DNA of 26,941 bases from Actinomycetota bacterium. GTDB taxonomy: Bacteria; Actinomycetota; Actinomycetes; S36-B12; UBA5976. A program made the position numbers and the translations under genes. Below are positions 7,957 through 19,029 of this stretch, piece after piece (the stretch's first letter is position 1; every line of letters starts with the position of its first letter). The notes under the pieces were generated by a model, which worked only from the letters and a program-made list of their open reading frames with translations, was not told where the DNA came from and made no database searches. Location of the stretch: the NCBI GenBank assembly GCA_039800445.1, contig JBDLQS010000054.1:1-26941 (forward strand), written 5' to 3'.

Positions 7957-9006
7957 GACATCCCCATCAGACATGACATACTCTTTGCCTTCCATGCGGA
8001 CTTTGCCCTTTGACTTTGCTTCTGCAACTGAACCAGCTGAAACTAAATCCTCAAAGGCGACAATTTCTGCCTTGATAAATCCTTTTTGAAAATCGGTGTG
8101 GATTACGCCCGCAGCTTCTGGCGCGGTAGCTCCTACTGGGATTGTCCAGGCGCGAGATTCTTTCGGACCAGCAGTTAAATAAGTTTGCAGTCCCAGAGTT
8201 TTGAATCCAACACGAGACAAAATTGCAATGCCACTTTCTTGTTGACCAACTGATTGCAGCAATTCAAGTGCTTCTTCATCGGGAAGTTCGCCGAGCTCAG
8301 CTTCAAGTTTTGCATTCATGAAAACTGCTTCAACTGGCGCCACTAGGGCACTAAGTTCTTGCTGCAAGGCCTCGTCAGTCAGTTCATCTTCATCCAAGTT
8401 GAAGACGTATAGAAATGGCTTCGCGGTCAAGAGAAACAGTTCTCGGATTGGCTCATAATCAAGACCTGATTCAAAAATTGTTTTGCCAGAGTTAAGTATT
8501 TCTACAGCCTTTTCTGCGGTGGCTAAAGATTCAGCTTTGGCCTTATCCAATCGTGACTCTTTGAGAAGTCTTGGCATAGCTTTTTCAAGCGTCTGCATGT
8601 CCGCCAAAATCAATTCAGTATTTATGGTTTCAATATCGTCTTTTGGTGAAATCGCACCATCTACGTGAACTACGTCAGGATCTTTGAAAGCTCTAATCAC
8701 CTGGCAAATAGCCTCAGACTCGCGAATGTTTGCCAAGAACTTATTTCCCAGTCCTTCACCTTCGCTTGCGCCGCGAACAATTCCGGCAATGTCAACAAAG
8801 GTAACGGTAGCTGGAAGGATTCGTTCTGAAGCAAATATTTTTGCCAGTACCGGAAGTCGAGCATCTGGAACTTCAACTACACCGGTGTTTGGTTCAATCG
8901 TGGCAAACGGATAATTCGCAGCCAACACATTATTTTTCGTCAAAGCATTAAAAAGTGTCGATTTTCCCACGTTGGGTAATCCGACGATTCCGATAGTTAG
9001 GGCCAC
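7933..9006 (-). CDS. ychF: Ribosome-binding ATPase YchF (Obg family), 357 aa
   Basis: GIVGLPNVGKSTLFN, NYPFATIEPN, DIAG, GEGLGNKFL and C-terminal TGS domain ending GDVVEFRFNV. Confidence 0.99.
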   Translation of the reverse strand: MALTIGIVGLPNVGKSTLFNALTKNNVLAANYPFATIEPNTGVVEVPDARLPVLAKIFASERILPATVTFVDIAGIVRGASEGEGLGNKFLANIRESEAICQVIRAFKDPDVVHVDGAISPKDDIETINTELILADMQTLEKAMPRLLKESRLDKAKAESLATAEKAVEILNSGKTIFESGLDYEPIRELFLLTAKPFLYVFNLDEDELTDEALQQELSALVAPVEAVFMNAKLEAELGELPDEEALELLQSVGQQESGIAILSRVGFKTLGLQTYLTAGPKESRAWTIPVGATAPEAAGVIHTDFQKGFIKAEIVAFEDLVSAGSVAEAKSKGKVRMEGKEYVMSDGDVVEFRFNV

Positions 9007-9014
9007 GGCACATA

Positions 9015-9066
9015 AGCGTAGCCGTATTTCAACCTTCGCACGGACTCGGCCTAGACCCGATACGTT
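9015..9066. promoter_or_regulatory. Divergent -10 elements for ychF (TACGCT, - strand, 9015-9020) and the DUF6542 gene (TACGTT, + strand, 9061-9066)
   Basis: TANNNT hexamers 8 nt and 6 nt before the respective start codons; no SD sequences. Confidence 0.55.
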
Positions 9067-9072
9067 TATTCC

Positions 9073-9483
9073 ATGGCAAACACATCAATCGAGCCGCTAG
9101 ACATAGCTCCCGCCCAAATCGGTTGGACCTATCCAGGTGTCATTATTTTGACCAGTGCGGCCATGATGGTTGTGATGGCGCTAGACATCATATTCACCGG
9201 CGGTATTGGAATTGTTTCTAACATCGGACTTGTAATCATCGGAGTTGTTGGAGCAATCAACGTGCGAACTGCCGATTATCAAGCTGCGATTTGGGTCGTG
9301 CCGATTGCTTGGGTGATTGCACTCTTAACAACTGGACAACTCGCTCCAATGCGTGGTGGTTCATTTATGCGTGAACAGGTGCTGCATTTTGCATATGGGC
9401 TTTCCATGCACGCTTGGTGGATACTTGGGGCCACAGCGATTAGTGCCGGCGTCGCAATCTTTAGGCGCGGCCGGCAGCCTTAA
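9073..9483 (+). CDS. Small membrane protein, DUF6542-like (Rv1111c-like), 136 aa
   Basis: Four hydrophobic segments; sits between ychF and ispH, the conserved position of this family in actinobacteria; leaderless -10. Confidence 0.7.
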   Translation: MANTSIEPLDIAPAQIGWTYPGVIILTSAAMMVVMALDIIFTGGIGIVSNIGLVIIGVVGAINVRTADYQAAIWVVPIAWVIALLTTGQLAPMRGGSFMREQVLHFAYGLSMHAWWILGATAISAGVAIFRRGRQP

Positions 9484-10426
9484 TGTCTCTGCGTAACTCT
9501 GGTGGCAAGGCAAAAATCAAGTGCTCTTCAATGGTTTCTACTTCTTCCACATCGGTGTAGCCACGTTCTGCCAACCAAGTCAAAACGCTATTAACCAAGA
9601 TCTCTGGAACCGAAGCGCCACTAGTTAGTCCAATAGTTTGCGCATCCTTAATCCAGGATTCATCAATCTCACCAGCGAAGTCAACGCGGTAAGCAGCGTT
9701 AGCTCCGGCCTCGAGCGCCACATCAACCAGACGTACTGTATTTGAAGAGTTTGCCGATCCAACTACAAGCATCACATCGCAAGCTTGAGAAATTTCTTTT
9801 ACGGCCTTTTGGCGATTTTGTGTGGCGTAACAAATATCGTCACTTGGTGGATCAAGCAAATTTGGAAACTTTGCACGCAACAAATCAACGGTTTCCAAAG
9901 TCTCATCGACAGAAAGTGTAGTTTGGGAAAGCCAGGCTACAGGTCGGGTCGGGTCTATTTCGATTTCCTGGACGTGAGCTGGACCATCAACCAAAGTCAT
10001 GTTGTTTGGTGCTTCACCCATTGTGCCTTCGACTTCTTCGTGGCCTTCGTGTCCAATAAACAGAATCTGGTAGTCATCGGAAGCAAATCGCCTCGCCTCG
10101 GAATGAACTTTTGTTACCAATGGGCAAGTCGCATCAATAGTTTTTAGATTCCGCTGTGCTGCTTCTTCGTGAACCGCAGGTGATACACCATGGGCGCTAA
10201 AGACAACCGTTGCACCTTCCGGTACTTCGTCCGTTTCATTAACAAAAATTGCGCCCTTGGCTTCAAGTTCGGTAACAACATACTTGTTATGAACAATTTC
10301 CTTACGCACATAAATCGGTGCGCCATGAACCGTCAAAGCCTTTTCAACTGTGACTACAGCTCGATCTACACCTGCGCAATATCCACGAGGCTTTGCTAAC
10401 AGGACTTTCTTCTTTGTTTCGCTCAC
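9461..10426 (-). CDS. ispH: 4-hydroxy-3-methylbut-2-enyl diphosphate reductase IspH, 321 aa (GTG start)
   Basis: [60 protein letters not shown]. Confidence 0.99.
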   Translation of the reverse strand: MSETKKKVLLAKPRGYCAGVDRAVVTVEKALTVHGAPIYVRKEIVHNKYVVTELEAKGAIFVNETDEVPEGATVVFSAHGVSPAVHEEAAQRNLKTIDATCPLVTKVHSEARRFASDDYQILFIGHEGHEEVEGTMGEAPNNMTLVDGPAHVQEIEIDPTRPVAWLSQTTLSVDETLETVDLLRAKFPNLLDPPSDDICYATQNRQKAVKEISQACDVMLVVGSANSSNTVRLVDVALEAGANAAYRVDFAGEIDESWIKDAQTIGLTSGASVPEILVNSVLTWLAERGYTDVEEVETIEEHLIFALPPELRRDIKAAGRA

Positions 10427-10432
10427 TCTCCT

Positions 10433-10479
10433 ATCGTAAGCCCGCGCCTCCCCTCCCGCTTTCTGGCATTAGGCACAAT
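10433..10479. promoter_or_regulatory. Divergent leaderless -10 elements for ispH (TACGAT, - strand, 10433-10438) and xseA (CACAAT, + strand, 10474-10479)
   Basis: Each hexamer lies exactly 6 nt before its start codon (GTG 10426; ATG 10486). Confidence 0.55.
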
Positions 10480-10485
10480 AGATCC

Positions 10486-11709
10486 ATGGACCAGATAGAA
10501 CCAGCCAAGCCAGGACTCGATCCAGAGTCTCCCCTGGCGGTTCATTCAGTCAGCACCATGATTGGTGAATATATTGGCCGACTTGGAACCATTTGGATCG
10601 AAGGCCAACTGGCTGAAGTTAATCCAAGAAAAGGATTAACTTACCTATCTCTGCGCGACACTGATCGTGATGTTTCGCTTTCGCTCTACGTTGCTTCTGG
10701 GGTTATGGATTTACTAGCAACCACAGTGGAACAAGGAAGTCGAGTTCTAGTCCAAGTCAAAGCCGATTGGTGGGCTAAGCGTGGCTCATTGCAGTTCAAG
10801 GTTTTGCAAATGCGTGCCGTGGGCATTGGTGAACTTATGGCTCGTCTTGAGGCGTTAAGAAATCTATTAGCAGCAGAAGGCTTGTTCAATGAAGATCGCA
10901 AAAAGCCACTTCCATTTTTACCAAGACGAATTGGATTGATTTGTGGCCAAGCAAGCGACGCAATGCACGACGTAATTGAAAATGCTAAACGGCGTTGGCC
11001 CGACGTTCAGTTTGAAGTCCGGGAAGTTGCAGTGCAAGGGGTTAACTGCGTTAAGCAGGTAAGTGCGGCACTGACTGAACTTGATGCCATTTCTGACATT
11101 GATGTAATTGTGATTGCCCGCGGTGGCGGAGCATTCGAAGATCTTCTGCCGTTTAGTGATGAGTCCTTGATCCGAGTGGTTGCTGGAATCGAAACTCCGG
11201 TAGTAGCTGCCATTGGTCACGAAGAAGACCGGCCGCTAATTGACTATGTTGCGGACTATCGCGCTTCAACTCCAACAGATGCCGCTCGCAGAATAGTTCC
11301 TGATGTTCTGCAAGAAATATCTGACTTGAGAAACGCTCGAGCCAGACTTCAAACGTTAGTTTCAACTGGAATAACGCGACTTGAGCAACAACTTGCCCTA
11401 ACTAGAAGTCGTCCAGCACTTGCGTCGCCAGCCACCTTGATAACCCAGCGCCTTAGCGACAACAAAGTTTTGCGCACTGCAATGCACGTCAAAGTGAAAA
11501 ACTTTATTGCACTCGAAGGTGCTCATTTAAACGGTGCAAGGGGGACTTTGCGAGCCCTATCGCCGCAAGGAACCTTAGAACGTGGTTTTTCAATTGTTCG
11601 AGATTCAAACAATGTAATTGTGAAGAGTGCTGCCGGGGTAAATGCAGGAGACGAACTGCGCATCAAGTTAGCAGATGGCGACTTAGTTACTCGCGTCGAA
11701 GGAAATTAG
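10486..11709 (+). CDS. xseA: Exodeoxyribonuclease VII large subunit (start moved from 10393 to ATG 10486)
   Basis: IWIEGQ/YLSLRD OB-fold, KKPLPFLPRRIGLI, ARGGGAFEDL, AIGHEED, STPTDAA, TLERGFS. The ORF-track start overlaps ispH. Confidence 0.97.
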   Translation: MDQIEPAKPGLDPESPLAVHSVSTMIGEYIGRLGTIWIEGQLAEVNPRKGLTYLSLRDTDRDVSLSLYVASGVMDLLATTVEQGSRVLVQVKADWWAKRGSLQFKVLQMRAVGIGELMARLEALRNLLAAEGLFNEDRKKPLPFLPRRIGLICGQASDAMHDVIENAKRRWPDVQFEVREVAVQGVNCVKQVSAALTELDAISDIDVIVIARGGGAFEDLLPFSDESLIRVVAGIETPVVAAIGHEEDRPLIDYVADYRASTPTDAARRIVPDVLQEISDLRNARARLQTLVSTGITRLEQQLALTRSRPALASPATLITQRLSDNKVLRTAMHVKVKNFIALEGAHLNGARGTLRALSPQGTLERGFSIVRDSNNVIVKSAAGVNAGDELRIKLADGDLVTRVEGN

Positions 11710-11921
11710 TCCTCGTCAGAAATACCTGGACGCAAAGCTTCGAGTCTGGCTTTTGCTCCAGCCAATCGTTCTTCGCAGATTGCCGCGAGCTTTTCACCTT
11801 GTTCCCAAAGATTAACCATGTCGTCAAGCGGGAGATCTTTATCTTCAAGGCGGGTAACAATTTCATCTAACTGAGATTTTGCAGCCTCGTAAGACAGTTC
11901 CGAAGATTGATCCTTTGCCAT
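11706..11921 (-). CDS. xseB: Exodeoxyribonuclease VII small subunit, 71 aa, on the opposite strand from xseA
   Basis: LSYEAAKSQLDEIVTRLE...LPLDDMVNLWEQGEKLAAICEERL is the XseB signature (YE..l..LE.gdl.Le.....ye.G..L...C...L). Confidence 0.93.
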   Translation of the reverse strand: MAKDQSSELSYEAAKSQLDEIVTRLEDKDLPLDDMVNLWEQGEKLAAICEERLAGAKARLEALRPGISDED

Positions 11922-11927
11922 AAAAAG

Positions 11928-11933
11928 ATTCTA
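11928..11933 (-). promoter_or_regulatory. Near-consensus -10 element TAGAAT for leaderless xseB; includes the DUF4245 TAG stop
   Basis: - strand TAGAAT-CTTTTT-ATG; no SD. Confidence 0.65.
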
Positions 11934-12476
11934 TGGTTTCGCTGGCACTAAAGATTCAGCAAACCGCAATAACTCATCCCATTGCGCAGTCCCAGAAACG
12001 ATCGAAGTTACTTCACCTTCAGTCTTTACGAAGGCTCGAGTAAGGGGCTTATCGATTTCACACTTTTGCCAGGTCGCGCCGTTTATGGTTTCTGTTGACT
12101 CGCATGGGGCGCTATTTGTAGCTGGGGCAACTACGCGCTTCACTGGTCCATCACTTTGCCAGATCGAAACATACTCGCCGGCTTCAGTCTGAAATCCTAG
12201 AATCCATCTAATGTCGCCCTCGTCACCATATGTCTCCGGCTCAAGTCGAGCGAGCGTGGCTTGATATCCGGAAGGCAAAGTTTTGGGAATTGAAATAGGC
12301 CAGGTTTGCGCGATAACTGCACTAGCAACTGCGGTCTCGTAATCTACTTGTTGCTTTACTTCTTGCTGTGGCCGCCACGCAATCAACATGATCACACCAA
12401 CAGTCGCAATCACTGCACCCATTGATAGAACCATGTCCCACGCAGTTTCCCGCCCTCGTGGTTTTTTGTTGGCCAT
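11931..12476 (-). CDS. DUF4245 family membrane-anchored protein (Rv1100-like), 181 aa
   Basis: RGRETAWDMVLSM plus one TM helix, P..LP.GYQAT.AR, W.LGF, GTA..DEL..FA.SL pattern; conserved position beside xseAB and fumarase. Confidence 0.8.
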   Translation of the reverse strand: MANKKPRGRETAWDMVLSMGAVIATVGVIMLIAWRPQQEVKQQVDYETAVASAVIAQTWPISIPKTLPSGYQATLARLEPETYGDEGDIRWILGFQTEAGEYVSIWQSDGPVKRVVAPATNSAPCESTETINGATWQKCEIDKPLTRAFVKTEGEVTSIVSGTAQWDELLRFAESLVPAKP

Positions 12477-12482
12477 AACTCT

Positions 12483-12554
12483 ATTTTGCCTGCTTTATCT
12501 GAAGTTCGCTCTGGCACGGTCCTTTCCGCCACACGTTCAGAAACGGATTAGGCT
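12483..12554. promoter_or_regulatory. Divergent leaderless -10 elements for DUF4245 (CAAAAT, - strand, 12483-12488) and fumarase (TAGGCT, + strand, 12549-12554)
   Basis: Each lies 6 nt before its ATG. Confidence 0.55.
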
Positions 12555-12560
12555 AACCAT

Positions 12561-14225
12561 ATGAGCTCGTTTAACTACACCGAAATCTTGCCACTTGCGC
12601 AAAACGAACCTGAGTACCGACTGGTCACAACCGAAGGAATAACGACTACTACCGTTGGCGAGCGGACATTTCTTAACATTGATGACAGCGTTTTGGAAAA
12701 GGTTGCCTACGAAGCAATCCATGATATTTCTCACTACTTGAGAACCAGCCATCTTGAGCAACTAAAGAAAATCATCGACGATCCAAGTGCGTCACCAAAC
12801 GACAGATTTGTTGCAATTGATTTGATGAAGAATGCCAACATCGCAGCTGGCGGTATCTTGCCTATGTGCCAAGACACTGGAACTGCAATTGTTTCCGGCA
12901 AACGTGGTTCGCAAATTTTGACGAAAGGACCCGACGAAGTTGCAATCAGTCGCGGCATTTTTGACGCCTACCAGAAGCTGAACCTTCGCTATTCCCAACT
13001 TTCGCCACTAAACATGTGGGATGAGAAAAACACTGGCGATAACCTGCCAGCTCAAATTGAGATCTATTCAGACACCAAACCAGGTCATGAAAACTCTTAT
13101 GAAATGTTGTTCATTGCTAAAGGTGGCGGTAGTGCTAACAAGAGTTATCTATATCAAGAAACTAAGGCGGTTCTGAATCAAGAGAGCTTCTTACGATTCA
13201 TGGATGAGAAACTGCGCCTAATTGGAACATCGGCTTGTCCGCCATATCACTTAGCAATTGTTGTTGGGGGCACGAGTGCTGAATATGCCCTCAAAGTATC
13301 TAAATTGGCCAGCACTAAGTATTTGGACTCTCTGCCAACTCAAGGTGGACCAGATGGCAACGGTTACCGAGATCTAGAGATGGAAGCGGAAATTTTAAAG
13401 CTCACTCAGAATTTTGGAATTGGAGCGCAATTCGGTGGTAAATACTTCTGCCACGACGTTCGAGTAATTCGCCTGCCACGACATGGTGCTTCGTGCCCAA
13501 TCGCAATTGCCGTTTCTTGCTCAGCTGATCGACAAGCGCTGGTGAAAATTGATGCCACCGGTGCTTACATCGAAAAATTAGAGACTGACCCGGCTCGTTT
13601 TCTACCAGAAATTACTGATGAGCATTTGAACGACGATGTAGTAAACATTGATCTAACTCGTCCAATGTCAGAAATCCGTGAAACTCTTTCTACACTTTCG
13701 GTAAAAACTAGAGTTTCACTAACTGGTCCGCTCATTGTGGCCCGAGACTTAGCGCACGCAAAAATTCTCGAGATGATCGATCGCGGTGAAGAAATGCCGC
13801 AGTACTTCAAAGATCATGCGGTTTACTACGCCGGTCCAGCAAAAACCCCAGAAGGATATGCCTCTGGTTCATTTGGACCGACGACGGCTGGTCGAATGGA
13901 TGCTTATGTAGATCGCTTTCAAAAAGCCGGTGGTTCTTATGTCATGTTGGCAAAAGGAAATCGAAGTGATGCAGTAACAAAGGCTTGCCAGGAAAATGGC
14001 GGTTTCTACCTCGGATCGATTGGTGGCCCGGCTGCCCGACTAGCTAAGGACAACATTAAGAAAGTAGAAGTTTTAGATTTCCCTGAAATGGGAATGGAAG
14101 CTGTTTGGAAGATTGAGGTTGAAAACTTCCCAGCTTTCGTTGTTGTAGACGATAAAGGAAATGATTTCTTTGCTGAAACCTTGCGTCCGATTGCCTTAAA
14201 TATTCCAATCGGGCCACCCAAATAA
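12561..14225 (+). CDS. fumA: Class I (Fe-S) fumarate hydratase, 554 aa
   Basis: [75 protein letters not shown]. Confidence 0.97.
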   Translation: MSSFNYTEILPLAQNEPEYRLVTTEGITTTTVGERTFLNIDDSVLEKVAYEAIHDISHYLRTSHLEQLKKIIDDPSASPNDRFVAIDLMKNANIAAGGILPMCQDTGTAIVSGKRGSQILTKGPDEVAISRGIFDAYQKLNLRYSQLSPLNMWDEKNTGDNLPAQIEIYSDTKPGHENSYEMLFIAKGGGSANKSYLYQETKAVLNQESFLRFMDEKLRLIGTSACPPYHLAIVVGGTSAEYALKVSKLASTKYLDSLPTQGGPDGNGYRDLEMEAEILKLTQNFGIGAQFGGKYFCHDVRVIRLPRHGASCPIAIAVSCSADRQALVKIDATGAYIEKLETDPARFLPEITDEHLNDDVVNIDLTRPMSEIRETLSTLSVKTRVSLTGPLIVARDLAHAKILEMIDRGEEMPQYFKDHAVYYAGPAKTPEGYASGSFGPTTAGRMDAYVDRFQKAGGSYVMLAKGNRSDAVTKACQENGGFYLGSIGGPAARLAKDNIKKVEVLDFPEMGMEAVWKIEVENFPAFVVVDDKGNDFFAETLRPIALNIPIGPPK

Positions 14226-14228
14226 CTT

Positions 14229-14639
14229 TTAGGGTTTGAAATTTTTAGCTGGCGGCCAAGGGCTCCAGCCACGCGCTAGCCAGCCTTTATAGGCGACTAG
14301 GTCTTGTTCTTTACAAGTTGCCTTACTGGCTTTTGAGGCGTATTTCTTGCCACCGTAAGTTTTCCAGAATCCTGCATTCATTTGCCAGGTTCCTTGATAT
14401 TTACCTTTTGACCCTGTGGCCTTGCAGTTGTTATTTGATTCTTTTTTCTTCAGATATTTTGCAGTCGGTGAATTCACCCAAACTTCAAAGGAAATTTTCT
14501 TGCGTTCTTCTTTAGAGAGATTACGTGTTGGATCTTCAGCTATTTGAATTGTGGCTGATGCTGGCGCACTATTCATTGTCTGCATAGGCAAGAGAGCACA
14601 CAATGCAACTGCTGTTGAAATCCAAAGGCGTTTTGTCAT
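14229..14639 (-). CDS. Secreted Rpf-like (resuscitation-promoting factor / transglycosylase-like) protein, 136 aa
   Basis: Signal peptide (ASA|T); ES (catalytic Glu67), G..Q...W..YGG..YA..A..A...EQ...A......GW.PW pattern of the Rpf lysozyme-like domain. Confidence 0.8.
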   Translation of the reverse strand: MTKRLWISTAVALCALLPMQTMNSAPASATIQIAEDPTRNLSKEERKKISFEVWVNSPTAKYLKKKESNNNCKATGSKGKYQGTWQMNAGFWKTYGGKKYASKASKATCKEQDLVAYKGWLARGWSPWPPAKNFKP

Positions 14640-14672
14640 AACACCAATTAGGTTAACAAATGATATTTTGAA

Positions 14673-15980
14673 TCAGGCAGGCAGGTCTTCGAGCATGTCT
14701 GTAACCAGCGCTGCAATTGGAGAGCGCTCTGATCTATTTAGAGTTACGTGCGCAAATAGTGGGTGTCCTTTTAGTTTTTCCACGACTGCAACGACGCCGT
14801 CGTGTCTACCCACTCGCAAATTATCTCGCTGCGCCACATCGTGAGTTAAGACAACACGGCTGTCTTTTCCAATTCGGGAAAGCACAGTGAGCAAAACATT
14901 TCGCTCGAGAGACTGCGCTTCATCCACGATTACAAACGTGTCATGCAACGAACGACCACGAATATGTGTAAGCGGAAGCACTTCCAGCATTCCTCGATCT
15001 AGAATCTCGTCGATCACATCACCTGATGTAACAGCTGACAAAGTATCAAAGACTGCCTGGGCCCAGGGCGACATTTTTTCGTTTTCGCTGCCTGGCAAGT
15101 AACCCAACTCTTGGCCACCAACCGCATACAACGGCCGGAAGATAACAACTTTGCGATGTTGTTGACGTTCCATCACGGCTTCTAAGCCTGCGCAAAGTGC
15201 CAACGCACTCTTACCTGTTCCAGCCCGTCCACCAAGTGACACAATTCCAATTTCAGGGTCCAGTAATAAATCCAATGCGATTCGCTGCTCAGCACTTCTG
15301 CCATGCAGGCCGAATGCCTCACGATCACCACGGATTAGCTGTAATCGCTTATCCGGAGTGACTCTCGCTAATGCGCTACCTCGTTCACTAGAAAGAACGA
15401 TTCCGGTATGGCACGGATTCTCTCGTGCACTTTCATGGTCAATGATTTCACCGCTGTATAGGTCATCAATTTCCGAGGAGCTAACCGAAACTTCTGCCAT
15501 CCCAGTCCAGCCACTTGATGGCACAGTCTCCGCGCGATACTCCTGCGCTTCCAATCCAACAGCGGATGCTTTTACGCGAAGTGGCAAATCTTTACTTACT
15601 AAAACTACGTCGCGGCCTTCAGTGGAAAGATTTTTGGCAACCGACAAAATACGAGTGTCGTTATCTCCCAACCGAAAACCAGCGGGCAAAATTTCAGAGT
15701 TAGTGTGATTCAGTTCAACTCTAAGTACTCCACCTTTATCTCCAAGTGGGATTGGGGCGTCAAGACGTCCGTACTTGATTCTTAAATCGTCAAGGCTCCG
15801 TAGCGCCGAACGCGCAAAGTATCCCAACTCAGGATGGGTGCGTTTAGATTCCAACTCGGTAATCACAACAACTGGAATCACGACTTCGTGTTCATCAAAT
15901 CGAAATAGGGCACTCGGATCAGAAAGCAATACGCTGGTATCTAAAACATACGTGCGCTTTTGAGTGTTCGATTCGGTCAC
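14673..15980 (-). CDS. phoH2: PIN-PhoH fusion protein (PhoH2-like RNase/helicase), 435 aa
   Basis: PIN motifs [12 protein letters not shown], NDxRIL, SKDLPLR; PhoH motifs [27 protein letters not shown]. Confidence 0.93.
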   Translation of the reverse strand: MTESNTQKRTYVLDTSVLLSDPSALFRFDEHEVVIPVVVITELESKRTHPELGYFARSALRSLDDLRIKYGRLDAPIPLGDKGGVLRVELNHTNSEILPAGFRLGDNDTRILSVAKNLSTEGRDVVLVSKDLPLRVKASAVGLEAQEYRAETVPSSGWTGMAEVSVSSSEIDDLYSGEIIDHESARENPCHTGIVLSSERGSALARVTPDKRLQLIRGDREAFGLHGRSAEQRIALDLLLDPEIGIVSLGGRAGTGKSALALCAGLEAVMERQQHRKVVIFRPLYAVGGQELGYLPGSENEKMSPWAQAVFDTLSAVTSGDVIDEILDRGMLEVLPLTHIRGRSLHDTFVIVDEAQSLERNVLLTVLSRIGKDSRVVLTHDVAQRDNLRVGRHDGVVAVVEKLKGHPLFAHVTLNRSERSPIAALVTDMLEDLPA

Positions 15981-16166
15981 GAGCTCACCCCAAATTTTCA
16001 GATTTATCCCTGGGAAGGCTCGGAATTTACCGATATGAATGACGGTATTCCTGCAGTGGATTTCACTCGGTCAGACACGCCGTAATGAAGAGTTGCAACT
16101 AGGTGAATTTTGCGAATAATTACGGGGATGTGTGCACCACTTTAGCGATCTACTAACCTTAGGCGC

Positions 16167-16943
16167 ATGGGAAGAATCCGCACTCTCGTGGGCGATGTTG
16201 CGTATGACCTGTATGGTCACCGACTAACTTCCTCACTTCCACGCGATCAACTTCCCGCACATGTTGGTGTGATTCTGGATGGTAATCGTCGCTGGGCTGC
16301 TGAAATGGGTTCACCAAGTGCGCATGGACATCGGGCCGGTGGCGAGAAAATTGCTGAATTCCTGGGGTGGTGCGAAGAGCTCGGCGTTGAAGTTGTAACA
16401 CTTTGGTTGCTTTCGACTGACAACCTAATGCGAGAACCAACCGAATTAGACGCCTTGCTAGAAATCATCGAAGACACCGTTACTTCCCTGGGTGATACCG
16501 GTAGATGGCAAATCCATCCTGTTGGGGCGCTTGAACTCCTGCCTGAGCGAACTAAGGACTTACTCAATAAGACAAAGATAGCTACTGAGAATGTGCCGGG
16601 GCTGCTGGTCAATGTCGCTATTGGATATGGCGGCCGCCAAGAGGTGGTGGATGCAGTTAGATCTTTATTGCTCGAGGAATCTGCAGCAGGTAAATCACTT
16701 GATGAAGTTGCGGACAAAATTGATATCGAGCACATTGCTGCCCATCTCTATACCAAAGGTCAGCCTGATCCTGATCTGGTAATCAGAACTTCAGGTGAAC
16801 AAAGATTAAGTGGATTCTTATTGTGGCAAAGCGCTCACTCTGAGTTTTATTTCTGTGAGGCTTATTGGCCAAACTTTCGCCAAATTGATTTCTTGCGAGC
16901 TGTGCGCTCATATACAGCGCGAAACCGTAGGTTTGGAATTTAA
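16167..16943 (+). CDS. Cis-prenyltransferase (UppS family; Rv1086-like short-chain Z-isoprenyl diphosphate synthase), 258 aa
   Basis: [64 protein letters not shown] -10 7 nt upstream. Product chain length is not determinable from sequence. Confidence 0.92.
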   Translation: MGRIRTLVGDVAYDLYGHRLTSSLPRDQLPAHVGVILDGNRRWAAEMGSPSAHGHRAGGEKIAEFLGWCEELGVEVVTLWLLSTDNLMREPTELDALLEIIEDTVTSLGDTGRWQIHPVGALELLPERTKDLLNKTKIATENVPGLLVNVAIGYGGRQEVVDAVRSLLLEESAAGKSLDEVADKIDIEHIAAHLYTKGQPDPDLVIRTSGEQRLSGFLLWQSAHSEFYFCEAYWPNFRQIDFLRAVRSYTARNRRFGI

Positions 16944-19018
16944 CTGAAGACTCCAATTGAATTCTTAAGGCTTTGCAAATCCGTAGTTGGGGCATCACAA
17001 ACAAATCCCCGACAGACATATGCCGTAGGTTTACCTTCCACAACTTTTCGATTCACTAATAGTGGTTGGTCGCTGCCCCAGGCATAAACCATTCCAGGCG
17101 CAGTCCCCTTAGTTAATGCAGTCCGGAATTCAGAATCATTCGATCCAATAATCGCTACTTCACGTGGACCATCTAACCAAGTTGCGAACATAGCACTGCC
17201 CCAGCCGGCAAAGCGAGTATGTGATGCAACCAACGGAATCAGAGCTGGAATAAATTTTTCCGCCCAAGTTCGCATTTCAGTATCCCCAGATAGTGCAGAG
17301 TAAGTTAAGGCTGCATCGATGGTGGCTGCCCAACCTGATGGAGTTACGTTGTCGGTTGGATCCACTTGCCTAGTTGCGACATCCTTGGCTACCGGCTCAA
17401 CATCATTTGCTGTATCCGTTAAACCTGAGTCCTGTTGAAAATGATCCTTTATATCGTTAAGCAAAGTTCCAGCTAGTTCCCGCCAAACATCGTCACCATT
17501 TGTCTGAGCCAAGGACAAGAAGGCACTTGCTACCAATGCTTGATCTTCCAGAACACCAAGGGCATGTAGTCCAGCTTTACCATCGCGGGAAACTCTGACG
17601 AGTCTGCTTGGGTGCTTTGGATCAGCACCCAAGTGGGTGCTTACTAATAAATCAGCAGCACGTGTTGCGCACTCAATCCAGTCTTGGCGATTGCAAACAC
17701 TGCCCGCATCAACCAAAGCCCTGATGGCTAAACCATTCCAACTTGCAACGATTTTGTCGTCTCTGCCAGGGCGTGGCCTGACTGCTCGTGCCGTCAAAAG
17801 TTTTGCACGTAATGCATTCCATCTATCCCAATCATCTGGATCGCTATGGAGTGTGAGAACTGATTTCCCGTGTTCAAAAGTACCCACTTCAGTTACATTG
17901 CAAAGTTGGATAACCCAGTCTGCATCGGATGCCCCTTGTGAATCCGAACCAAGTGTTTCCCGAATTTGTTGTGGTGTCCAGGCATAGAACGCGCCTTCTT
18001 CTGAATGTCCAGTTTCCATGTCGATGCTGTCAGCATCAAGGGCAGCAGCAAATCCACCTTCTGAAGTCAGCATTTCACGAATTAAGAATTCGGCGGTTTC
18101 AGTAGTGATGCGCAATGCTTGCTCGGCACCTGTTAGGCGGTACAAGTGGGCATAAATCGAAAGTAGTTGGGCATTGTCATAGAGCATTTTTTCAAAGTGT
18201 GGAACGGTCCAAGTTGCATCTACGCTATAGCGCGCAAACCCACCACCAAGTTGGTCGTACATACCGCCTCGCGCCATGGCATTGCACGTGTGTTCAATCA
18301 TTTGCATGCCACGGAAATCTGGTTCACTGCCAGCGAGTCTTTGCAGCGCTTCATTTCGAAGCAAAAACTCAAGCACTAGTGAAGGTGGGAATTTTGGAGC
18401 GTCGCCGAATCCCCCATTAATTGGGTCAAACGAAGATGCCAATGAATCGAGGCCTGAAGTTACGGCAAATGAGATTTCATCTTTAGTGAAGTCAGATTTG
18501 GATTTAACAATTAGTTCGTTTCGAGATCCAATATGCTCCATGATTCTGGCCGAGGAATCATTTACTCGCTCTCGCTCACCTGTCCAAGTGTCATTGAGGG
18601 CAAGTAAGACCTGCGTAAATGACGGCATTCCGTGAGATGGGCGTGGTGGGAAATATGTTCCGGCATACCAAGGTCTGCGGTCATGGTCTAACCAAACTGA
18701 ATTTGGCCAACCGCCGTGGCCTGTCATAGCTTGGGTAGCTTCCATATACAAAGAATCAACCGCCGGTAGCTCTTCCCGATCAACTTTTATGTTGACGAAA
18801 TACTCATTCATCAAAGCTGCTACAGATGGATTCTCAAAGCTCTCGTGTGCCATCACATGACACCAGTGGCAAGCGCTGTAACCAACACTTAAAAAGATTG
18901 GGACATCGCGAGTTCGGGCAAGTTCAAATGCTTCTTCTGACCATGGGTACCAATCCACAGGATTGTCGGCATGCTGCAGTAAGTATGGCGATGTTGAGTC
19001 TACGAGGCGATTGGACAC
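16940..19018 (-). CDS. Thioredoxin-domain / six-hairpin glycosidase-like protein (YyaL/SSP411, DUF255), 692 aa
   Basis: NRL...[70 protein letters not shown]. Confidence 0.93.
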   Translation of the reverse strand: MSNRLVDSTSPYLLQHADNPVDWYPWSEEAFELARTRDVPIFLSVGYSACHWCHVMAHESFENPSVAALMNEYFVNIKVDREELPAVDSLYMEATQAMTGHGGWPNSVWLDHDRRPWYAGTYFPPRPSHGMPSFTQVLLALNDTWTGERERVNDSSARIMEHIGSRNELIVKSKSDFTKDEISFAVTSGLDSLASSFDPINGGFGDAPKFPPSLVLEFLLRNEALQRLAGSEPDFRGMQMIEHTCNAMARGGMYDQLGGGFARYSVDATWTVPHFEKMLYDNAQLLSIYAHLYRLTGAEQALRITTETAEFLIREMLTSEGGFAAALDADSIDMETGHSEEGAFYAWTPQQIRETLGSDSQGASDADWVIQLCNVTEVGTFEHGKSVLTLHSDPDDWDRWNALRAKLLTARAVRPRPGRDDKIVASWNGLAIRALVDAGSVCNRQDWIECATRAADLLVSTHLGADPKHPSRLVRVSRDGKAGLHALGVLEDQALVASAFLSLAQTNGDDVWRELAGTLLNDIKDHFQQDSGLTDTANDVEPVAKDVATRQVDPTDNVTPSGWAATIDAALTYSALSGDTEMRTWAEKFIPALIPLVASHTRFAGWGSAMFATWLDGPREVAIIGSNDSEFRTALTKGTAPGMVYAWGSDQPLLVNRKVVEGKPTAYVCRGFVCDAPTTDLQSLKNSIGVFS

Positions 19019-19029
19019 ACCTCATTGTT

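Noticed and set aside
10393-10485. N-terminal extension of XseA in the ORF track
   Set aside because: Overlaps the ispH start and promoter; ATG 10486 has a correctly spaced -10 and typical length.
14640-14672. c-di-AMP riboswitch upstream of the Rpf-like gene
   Set aside because: Only 33 nt are available and no ydaO motifs are seen.
16074-16081. GACAC(GCC) as a WhiA-type site
   Set aside because: A single short motif is expected by chance; not called as a feature.
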